From Planctomycetota bacterium (GTDB taxonomy: Bacteria > Planctomycetota > SZUA-567 > H5-PLA8), in contig JBBRPR010000109.1 of assembly GCA_038227875.1 (NCBI GenBank), positions 1 to 15,263 of the forward strand: a DNA stretch of 15,263 bases, given 5' to 3'. Shown here piece by piece: positions 1 through 6,825 of the stretch (position 1 is the first letter of the stretch; the number at the start of each line of letters is the position of its first letter). A model generated the notes under the pieces. The model saw only the letters and a program-made list of their open reading frames with translations. It made no database searches and was not told the origin of the DNA. Both the position numbers and the translations under genes were made by a program.

Positions 1-113
1 CCCTGCAAAGTTCGAGCTTTGCGGGGACCTGCTGTTTTTATAACCGTCCGAAATCTTCTGCGGCCTACTGACCGCATCGGCGCAGATTAGCGCGAGAATT
101 ACTGCTGTCTACG

Positions 114-830
114 ATGCAATACTGTGAGAGCCCTGACACGTGGAATAGCGAGAATGGCAGGGAACTCATCAATTCCAATCAGAAGATTTACCGCGGTTCC
201 CTCGCCATCGCACCCGATGGTGCGCGTGCCTGTTTTTTCGATAACGGAAAGGTCGAACTATGGGACGTAAATGCTGGGACGTTGATTCGAACTATGGGTG
301 ACGATTTCGGAGCCCCGTTTGTTTCCGCCCAATTCACTCCCAACGGTAGTTACGTCCTCCTCTTTTCCACGAAATATTTAGACATCTTCAATTTACAGGA
401 CGGAACGATCAATTCGCATTGCGAGCAGAAAATTCAAGCGAGTCAGATCAGCGCCGATGGATCGCGCATTGCCGCCTCCGAATACGATACAATGATAGTG
501 GATGTTCACACCGGCAGCGTACTTGCCGATTTGCCGAGCCAAACACGGTCGCTGTCGGACCTTTGGATTCCTAAAGTTCCCGATCCGGGAGTGGCTGACT
601 CGTCCATTTTTAGACGCAGGTTACCGCAGCCACAATTCTCTTCGGACGGAATGACAGTGCTTGCGGGGGATTCCAAGGACGAGCTCGGCGTCTGGTGCCG
701 CAACCGCCCTGAGTACTGGTGGGGCGTAGCCTGGCTGCCGGAATTCTGGCTCACGTCGTTCTTTACCGGCGCGCTGTTGTGGAGTTTGTGGCGCGATCGG
801 AAATCATCGCCACGATTGCCACTAAAGTGA
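114..830 (+). CDS. WD40/beta-propeller repeat protein with C-terminal membrane anchor (probably 5'-incomplete)
   Basis: WD40-like blades: 'SLAIAPDGARACFFDNGKVELWDVNAG', 'SAQFTPNGSYVL', 'SQISADGSRIA', 'QFSSDGMTVLAGDSKDELGVW'. C-terminal 'RPEYWWGVAWLPEFWLTSFFTGALLWSLWRDRK' is a TM segment followed by basic residues. Too few blades for a full propeller, and the start is uncertain. Confidence 0.7.
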   Translation: MQYCESPDTWNSENGRELINSNQKIYRGSLAIAPDGARACFFDNGKVELWDVNAGTLIRTMGDDFGAPFVSAQFTPNGSYVLLFSTKYLDIFNLQDGTINSHCEQKIQASQISADGSRIAASEYDTMIVDVHTGSVLADLPSQTRSLSDLWIPKVPDPGVADSSIFRRRLPQPQFSSDGMTVLAGDSKDELGVWCRNRPEYWWGVAWLPEFWLTSFFTGALLWSLWRDRKSSPRLPLK

Positions 831-868
831 CGTAGGGATTAGGCGTGGTCGTCCTTTAGATTTTTCAT

Positions 869-1942
869 TCACGGACGGCGTTCGCGTTCGTGCTGATACG
901 GTTCGCCGTTTTCAGCCACGCGATTAGAGATCGCGGTGAGCTTGTCGAAGAGGTTCTTCAAATTGGCGTCCGCCGGCGTTTCGGATTGGTCCTCTGAAAA
1001 ATTCCCGTTCAACATGGCTCGAGTCTGAAGGACTCGAATTTCCAGGCTCAGACGATGAGTCCGACTACCGTCGGAAGTGGTAAAGTTGAGGGGCGCCTGG
1101 CGATCCGTGCTGAACGAAGTCGCCACAAGCAACCGCGCCACCTCTGCAACTTCGATGTCATCCAGCGTCATTACTTTTTCGATTATCTGCGAGAACTCCG
1201 GAATCTTGATCTTGCTGCCAGCCGCATCCATTTCCCGGTAGCGGGTGATTTGAGTTCCTGCGATCCGCGCCCGCGCCCCTTCCAATGAGACCATCATTGG
1301 CTGCGACGTGTGCGTGGACGGATCCAGAGGGGACTGCAACATCGCGGTACATTGCATTGACGTCGCAGGCAGGTCGCCGCTGCTAAGCTTTTTCAGCGCC
1401 TCGGCGGAATCGACGGGTTGGTAGGGCTGACTCACGGTCTCCACAGCGAACAGCAGGGGCAACGCATCAGCCATGGATTTGACGGGCTTCTCTGGAATGG
1501 TCCACACCTTCGTGGCGCCGCTGAGCGTCACGGCAATTGTATTGCCGTCGTGCGCTTCGCCGGCGACCGGCTTTTGAGGTGTCAGCGTCAGTACTTGAGA
1601 ATCCACCAGGCCGCGCAACAGCGCCCGGACGTTTTCGGGTGAAATCAGAAATGGCGTCGCCGGATCCGACCAGCCAATTCCAGATCCATTGAAGACGATC
1701 ACGCGTTTGCCGGATCGCGCGACGACGCGCAGGCCCTCGCAGGAAAGTGTTTCGTCAGCCATGTCGGACAGAATTTTTTGCATATCATTTACTGCAGCGG
1801 GCTCGAGCTGCGCCACAGTTGGCAAGGAGGGTGGCGCCGCCGGCGTCAGACTGGGGTCGGCCGCACGGCTTCGACTCCACGTGAACGTCAGCACCAGAGC
1901 CGCGACCAGCGCTGCAATGGCAAAAGTAACTTTCGAGATCAT
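869..1942 (-). CDS. Secreted hypothetical protein (Sec signal peptide), 357 aa
   Basis: Start moved from 2083 to the ATG at 1942 (MISKVTFAIAALVAALVLTFTWSRSRA-AD), which is signal-peptide-like and has GAGGG about 8 nt upstream on the minus strand. No family recognised. Confidence 0.7.
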   Translation of the reverse strand: MISKVTFAIAALVAALVLTFTWSRSRAADPSLTPAAPPSLPTVAQLEPAAVNDMQKILSDMADETLSCEGLRVVARSGKRVIVFNGSGIGWSDPATPFLISPENVRALLRGLVDSQVLTLTPQKPVAGEAHDGNTIAVTLSGATKVWTIPEKPVKSMADALPLLFAVETVSQPYQPVDSAEALKKLSSGDLPATSMQCTAMLQSPLDPSTHTSQPMMVSLEGARARIAGTQITRYREMDAAGSKIKIPEFSQIIEKVMTLDDIEVAEVARLLVATSFSTDRQAPLNFTTSDGSRTHRLSLEIRVLQTRAMLNGNFSEDQSETPADANLKNLFDKLTAISNRVAENGEPYQHERERRP

Positions 1943-2167
1943 TGACGATCCCTCATTTGGAAAGTGCATCAAGCGTTGGCCGGCCGGAGCGGCCTCATCG
2001 ATCATGTACGTCGTCATTTCAAACTGTGAAGGACAACAACGACCCTTCCGTTGCACAATTCTTTGAAAAAAGTGCGGGGGCACTATTGGAACGGCAGGTT
2101 TGTCAGCGGCGAAAAAGGAAAAGGAAGGAATTTCCGAGCAGGTTGCACAACGTGTTTCAGTGCTGCT

Positions 2168-3628
2168 TTACTTCTTTCCTACGGGGACGCCCGACAGTTC
2201 GGCCATCCGCTCCTTCAACCAACCCGCATCCAGGAAGCCTTTGATCACCACTTCCTTCACGACCACGTCCGTGTTCGCGGTGAAGCCGATGCTCCAGGTT
2301 TTTTCAGACGGAACTTCCGCGGGCAGCGCCTCGTTGAGCATTTCCTTGTCGTCGAGCATAAAGCGAAAACGGTTCGGGATGCGGTCCACCTGATAGCGAT
2401 ACGTGCCGCCAGCGGCGGGGTGCTTCCAGGGTTTGCCCGTTCCGTAGGGGTCGGCGTATACGGCGCCAGCGGTCAGATGAATGTTGCCGGTGCCGATCCA
2501 CCGGGTCTTCAGGTAGGCGCTGCCGATCTTATTGACCTGGATATCGTGCTGCGACGCGTTGACGACATATTCCGTTCGCAACGCACCAGGCTGAAAGACG
2601 GCGCGGCACGCGAACATGTTGCTGTTGCCGAAATCCTTGCTCCAATGAATGACCTGTTTCACCCGCGCGCCATCGGGTCCGGCGGTGGCCGGGCCGTCGA
2701 AATCCTTCAGGCTTTGCGGATTTTTCTGAAAGTCGTAGCGCACTTCGACATAACGGTCCTCGCCCACTTTCAATATCTCGCCACTCAACGCCATCCGGAT
2801 CTGACCGCTGATGCTCGACGGAATCGCCCGGACCGCCGCCACCGGCGTAACGTTGGCGACAGGCATGGAACTCCCTACGGTTACAGGCTCCGCAACAGGC
2901 GGCATCACCGGCGGATGGGCGCTGCTCTCCACAGGCGCGGAATTGGGTGCAGGAATGCCGGAAGCCACAGGCACTACAGCAACCACCACAGGAGACGGCG
3001 GCGCAGCGACAGGCGCCATCGGCGCAACGGCTGGCGCGGGTGGATGAACATCGGCGATAGGAAGCGGCGGCGCGACGAGTGCGGGTTGAGCCGGCGGGGC
3101 CTCCGAAACAACCGGCGTTGGCGACGCAGCAACGACTTTCGGAGTCACCGACACCGACGCGGGCACTTGCGGCTTCGCTGCGACCGTCGGGGCCGCGACT
3201 GTGCGATCGGCGCTGCGGCCGCTGGACATTAAATACAGCGCACCAAACGTACCCAGCAACAACACCGCGCTAGCCGCCACGGGAACCCATGTCGCCATGG
3301 CATTCGCGGGAACTTTCGGCTCTTTCCCTTTTGGATAATCGTGCCCGGGTCCATTGGGATGGTGCCCCGAACTCGGTGAGCGGGTCCGACCCACTTCTTT
3401 GGTCGGCCGCTTGGATGGAGTCGCGCTTGGACTCGCCTGATGATGCGGCGAGTTGTCGTGCTTGACTTCTATTTCGGGTACCGCCTGCATCTCCATCGTA
3501 AAGACGCCGACGGCACACGATTGGCAAAAGACGCCCTTCAACTTCTTGTCTTTCGCAGCGCCCGCTTCCAAATCCAGGCTACTTAAGCGCTTGCCGCATG
3601 TTTCGCAGAAATAGAGTTTCAAGTCCAT
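2168..3628 (-). CDS. Single-pass membrane protein: N-terminal CxxC...CxxC Zn-ribbon, TM helix, Pro/Ala/Val-rich linker, C-terminal beta-rich domain
   Basis: Start moved to the ATG at 3628 (MDLKLYFCETCGKRL...GVFCQSC). TM 'WVPVAASAVLLLGTFGALYLM', then about 120 aa of PAV-rich stalk and a globular C-terminal domain. Confidence 0.75.
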   Translation of the reverse strand: MDLKLYFCETCGKRLSSLDLEAGAAKDKKLKGVFCQSCAVGVFTMEMQAVPEIEVKHDNSPHHQASPSATPSKRPTKEVGRTRSPSSGHHPNGPGHDYPKGKEPKVPANAMATWVPVAASAVLLLGTFGALYLMSSGRSADRTVAAPTVAAKPQVPASVSVTPKVVAASPTPVVSEAPPAQPALVAPPLPIADVHPPAPAVAPMAPVAAPPSPVVVAVVPVASGIPAPNSAPVESSAHPPVMPPVAEPVTVGSSMPVANVTPVAAVRAIPSSISGQIRMALSGEILKVGEDRYVEVRYDFQKNPQSLKDFDGPATAGPDGARVKQVIHWSKDFGNSNMFACRAVFQPGALRTEYVVNASQHDIQVNKIGSAYLKTRWIGTGNIHLTAGAVYADPYGTGKPWKHPAAGGTYRYQVDRIPNRFRFMLDDKEMLNEALPAEVPSEKTWSIGFTANTDVVVKEVVIKGFLDAGWLKERMAELSGVPVGKK

Positions 3629-3957
3629 CGCGGTACTCTCAGCCGGGAATTGAGCACATTGTGTGGCAGATGGGAGCAAGATAGTCAAAAATGCACAATG
3701 TGTCAAGTTCTTGCGCAGAATTGTATTTCTGCCCGGGGTCGGCCCTGACGCGGCGCAAAGCCGGGAAGAGGGAGCTCGCGAGTTGGTGACAGACCTGCTG
3801 GAAATGAACGGCTATACTGACCACCATCAGATAGCGCATCCATTTTCGCCCCGCAGGCGATGGCTTGCTCGCGCGTTATAAAACGTCCACCTCTTTGTAG
3901 TCCCACAAATTCCGCACTTGGGGTAGAGTCATGTGAAATCAAATAGGAATTCATTAT

Positions 3958-4536
3958 ATGAACGAGCCCGAACCGAAACGGCAGCGCGGGCATTCGCTTG
4001 ATCTGGCGCCGTCCAACCCATCCGCTCCCCCCAGCCATTTTCGCAAGCCGCACGCTGTCCGTCCAATCAACGAAAACTACGGCGCGTCGCAGATCGAATG
4101 GTACAGCTCCAGCGCCTTCTGGGGACTGGCGGCGGTGGAGCTCGTCGTCGCTGGCGGCATCGGACTCTGGACGCGCAAATGGATGGGGCCGGATTTTCTG
4201 TTCGTCTTCGGTTGCGTGGGTGCGCTGGCGCTGCTGATTTCGTGGGTGATTCGCATGGCCTGGCGCGACGAATGGATTGTCCGCGTGCTCGCGCTGGTGC
4301 TGTTTGAAGCGCTCGGCGTCGCCCGCCTGCTCTGCAGCGACCATCCCGGCGTCAAGCGCTACGAATACCTGATCGTGATGATGATCGCGGGACTGTTCGT
4401 GTTTCTCGTCCGCGTCGAACGCGATTACAGCCGGCGCAGCTGGGGCAGCACATCCTGGTGGAGCTGCAGCAGCGGATTCGGCGGCGGTTGGGGTGGCGGA
4501 AGCAGCGGCGGTGGCGGTGGCGGGTGCGGCGGTTGA
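3958..4536 (+). CDS. 4-TM membrane protein, TIGR04222-like, with Gly/Ser/Trp/Cys tail (putative MNIO substrate 1)
   Basis: Four hydrophobic segments, motifs 'MGPDFL' and 'FEALGVARLLCSDHPG', C-terminus 'SCSSGFGGGWGGGSSGGGGGGCGG*'. Clear paralog of 4632-5438. AGGA upstream of the ATG. Confidence 0.8.
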   Translation: MNEPEPKRQRGHSLDLAPSNPSAPPSHFRKPHAVRPINENYGASQIEWYSSSAFWGLAAVELVVAGGIGLWTRKWMGPDFLFVFGCVGALALLISWVIRMAWRDEWIVRVLALVLFEALGVARLLCSDHPGVKRYEYLIVMMIAGLFVFLVRVERDYSRRSWGSTSWWSCSSGFGGGWGGGSSGGGGGGCGG

Positions 4537-4631
4537 TGCACTCGTGATCCGATTACAATCCGCCCTCTTGATTGTAGCCACAGACCCCGTTTTCATAGGG
4601 TATCCTTCCGGTAAAAGGGAGGGAAAAAGAG

Positions 4632-5438
4632 ATGACGAACAATCAGAACGACCGCAAGATTTCCGTAAGCTGTCCCAAGTGCAAGCGCCCGATCACTTTC
4701 AACGATCCGAGTCCGCCAGGTCAACTTGGACCACCCGGGCCACCGGGCCCGCGTCCATCGATGTGCGTAGTATGTCCCTCGTGCAAGTCCCGCCTGCGAT
4801 TTAATCCACCTGCTCCACCCGATCCGCTCGCAACACCCGCCGCATCTATTCCATACGAAGACCCCGCCTTATCCTCGCCATTACCGCCAGAACCTTTCGA
4901 AACCATTTCTCCGACCGTTACCTATCGCGCGACGCACCGCTTCAAGTCCTCTTCACCTACCACCCCAACAGATCCCGACACGCTGGTTCCGAGCTGGGAA
5001 ATGCCCGGCTTCGTCCCGCTCCTGGTCGCACTGATGTTCGGAGCGCTGACCATCGGTTACGCCACCCGGCACGCGATGGGGCCGCCCTTCGCGACGCTTT
5101 ACTTCTTTGTCGGCGCACTGACGCTAGCCGTCGTTTCCGTATCGCGCTGGGGCTGGCGAAATTACTGGGGGATCAGCACTCTAGGTTGTATCTTCTATGA
5201 AACGCTGGGCGTGGCGCGGTTGTACTTCAGCGACCACCCGGGAGAACACAAGTATGGCTTCCTCTTCACGATGATGTTCATCGGCGCGTTTGTCTTCTTT
5301 ATCCGGAGCGACGGCATTGATCTCTCCGGTATCGATCTCTCCTCCTTCGGCGACAGCACCGGCAGCAGTTGCGGTGGCGGGTGCGGCGGCGGTGGATGCG
5401 GCGGAGGCGGTTGCGGAGGTGGCGGATGCGGAGGATAA
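4632..5438 (+). CDS. Zn-ribbon + Pro-rich + 4-TM membrane protein, TIGR04222-like, with (GGGGC)n tail (putative MNIO substrate 2)
   Basis: GGAGGG SD upstream. CPKC...CPSC at the N-terminus, motifs 'MGPPFATLY' and 'YETLGVARLYFSDHPG', C-terminus 'SSCGGGCGGGGCGGGGCGGGGCGG*'. Overlaps the start of the DUF692 gene. Confidence 0.85.
   Translation: MTNNQNDRKISVSCPKCKRPITFNDPSPPGQLGPPGPPGPRPSMCVVCPSCKSRLRFNPPAPPDPLATPAASIPYEDPALSSPLPPEPFETISPTVTYRATHRFKSSSPTTPTDPDTLVPSWEMPGFVPLLVALMFGALTIGYATRHAMGPPFATLYFFVGALTLAVVSVSRWGWRNYWGISTLGCIFYETLGVARLYFSDHPGEHKYGFLFTMMFIGAFVFFIRSDGIDLSGIDLSSFGDSTGSSCGGGCGGGGCGGGGCGGGGCGG
5370..5435 (+). repeat. Coding low-complexity repeat (Cys-Gly3-4)n, about 15-nt period
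   Basis: TGC codons at 5370, 5382, 5397, 5412 and 5427, separated by Gly codons with varied third positions. Confidence 0.9.
5415..5420 (+). promoter_or_regulatory. Shine-Dalgarno (GGAGGT) for the DUF692/MNIO gene, inside the upstream CDS
   Basis: GGAGGT at 5415-5420, 5-nt spacer, ATG at 5426. Confidence 0.7.
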
Positions 5439-6241
5439 AGATCGGCATCGGCTACCGCCATCCGCTGGCGGCGTGGCTCGCAACAAATCCGCCGGAAGTC
5501 TCCTGCCTGGAAATCACGGCGGAACATTTCTTCGACGGCGGCGACGCGAAGCTCTCTCAGCTGGCCGCGCGCTACCCGCTCTATGTACACGGCCTGGGCC
5601 TCTCACTGGGCACGCCCGGCCCGTTGGATCCGGGAATCCTGAAGCAGTTCGCGCGCGTGGCGGAACTCGCGCAGGCGCAGTGTGTCTCCGAACACATCGC
5701 ATTTTCGCGCACGGCGGATGTCGATCTCGGGCATCTCAACCCGGTGCGGCCAGACCGTGAAACGCTGCGCCTGTTCAGCGATCACGTCCGGGAATTGAAA
5801 GCGGCCTGCGGCGGACGGCCGGTGATCCTCGAAAACATCACGACGCATCTGGCGCTTAAGGGCGACTTGAGCGAAACGGAATTCCTAAATCAGCTCTGCG
5901 AAACAGCCGGCTGCGGGTTGCTGCTCGACGTGACCAACCTGTGGATCAACAGCCGCAATCACCGCTTCGATCCCCGCGCGTGGCTGCGCGAAATTCAGCC
6001 GGAGAAAATCGTGCAGCTTCACGCCGTCGGCTACAGCGCGCCACACGAAGCGGATGCAAACGCCCGCTATCAGGATTACCACGGTGACGCGCTGCAACCG
6101 GATCTGCTCGAGTTCATCGGCGAAGTCCTCGCGTACGCGCCGGTGCAAGCCGTGATCCTCGAACGCGACGCGAATTTCGAAGACACCGGCGCGATTCAAA
6201 CCGAATTGCGCAAACTGGAGCGGCTCTGTGGCGCAACGTGA
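5426..6241 (+). CDS. DUF692 family multinuclear non-heme iron-dependent oxidative enzyme (MNIO; MbnB/TglH/ChrH superfamily)
   Basis: N-terminal 'IGIGYR', 'LEITAEHF', and the metal-ligand motifs VHGLGLSLG, SEHIAF, LENI, LLDVTNL, QLH, DYHG and ILERD in canonical order. Start moved from 5369 to the ATG at 5426, which has an SD. Confidence 0.93.
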   Translation: MRRIKIGIGYRHPLAAWLATNPPEVSCLEITAEHFFDGGDAKLSQLAARYPLYVHGLGLSLGTPGPLDPGILKQFARVAELAQAQCVSEHIAFSRTADVDLGHLNPVRPDRETLRLFSDHVRELKAACGGRPVILENITTHLALKGDLSETEFLNQLCETAGCGLLLDVTNLWINSRNHRFDPRAWLREIQPEKIVQLHAVGYSAPHEADANARYQDYHGDALQPDLLEFIGEVLAYAPVQAVILERDANFEDTGAIQTELRKLERLCGAT

Positions 6242-6740
6242 TCTCACTTCGGCGCTGGGATTGCTGCTGAGCGACCGCGCGCTGCGCGAACTGCGTGCGC
6301 ATGACCCGCAAGCCGCCGCGCGGAAACTCAATTTGCGCGCCGCAGATCTTGCCGCGTTCGCTGCGCTCGATCCGGCCGGTTTGGAAGAGCAGGCCGCCGC
6401 GCTACTCCAAAAACGCTTCTACGAAGTCGCGCAGCTGCTCCCGCAGACCTGCGCACGTTTGGGCGAAAAAGCGTACGCGCGATTTCTGGCGTACGCCGAG
6501 CACGCGTGGCCGACAGGCCATCTCCGGCACTGGCTGGACGTCGTCGGTTTCGGCGATCACTTAAGAAAAGCGCGCGCACCGGAACTCTGCCGCGCCGAAT
6601 ACAACCGCGTCGCGTTCGTCACGGCCGATCGACGCTTACTCATCGCGCTAGTCCGCGAAAATTCCGCGCTGCCCTCTCTGCAGATCCTCTACCGCCGCAA
6701 AGGCGAGCCCCGGCAGATGGGGATCAAACTCGGGCCGTAA
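6228..6740 (+). CDS. MNIO partner protein (SCO6045-like; putative substrate-recognition subunit)
   Basis: The GTG start overlaps the DUF692 stop by 14 nt. The helical pattern 'QAAALLQKR..VAQLLPQT..RLG....RFLAYA......D..GF..HL' is one I recognise from proteins encoded beside DUF692/TIGR04222 genes. Function is inferred. Confidence 0.7.
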   Translation: MAQRDLTSALGLLLSDRALRELRAHDPQAAARKLNLRAADLAAFAALDPAGLEEQAAALLQKRFYEVAQLLPQTCARLGEKAYARFLAYAEHAWPTGHLRHWLDVVGFGDHLRKARAPELCRAEYNRVAFVTADRRLLIALVRENSALPSLQILYRRKGEPRQMGIKLGP

Positions 6741-6825
6741 TCCGTTCTTCGCATTCTTTGCGTCTTTGCTCGTGATTAAAAATTGCGGTTTCCAAAAACG
6801 GGCGCTTCTCGTACACCTCCACGGC

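Noticed and set aside
2051..3232. 393-aa plus-strand ORF
   Set aside because: Antisense shadow of 2168-3628, Arg/His-rich, typical of GC-rich DNA.
3703..4596. 297-aa minus-strand ORF with Ala/Thr/Pro run
   Set aside because: Antisense of paralog 1 and its Gly-rich tail.
5369..5425. Arg/Trp-rich N-terminal extension of the DUF692 ORF (MRWRVRRRWMRRRR...), superficially Tat-like or antimicrobial-peptide-like
   Set aside because: It is the shifted-frame reading of the Gly/Cys repeat. The ATG at 5426 has a strong SD and gives a normal DUF692 N-terminus.
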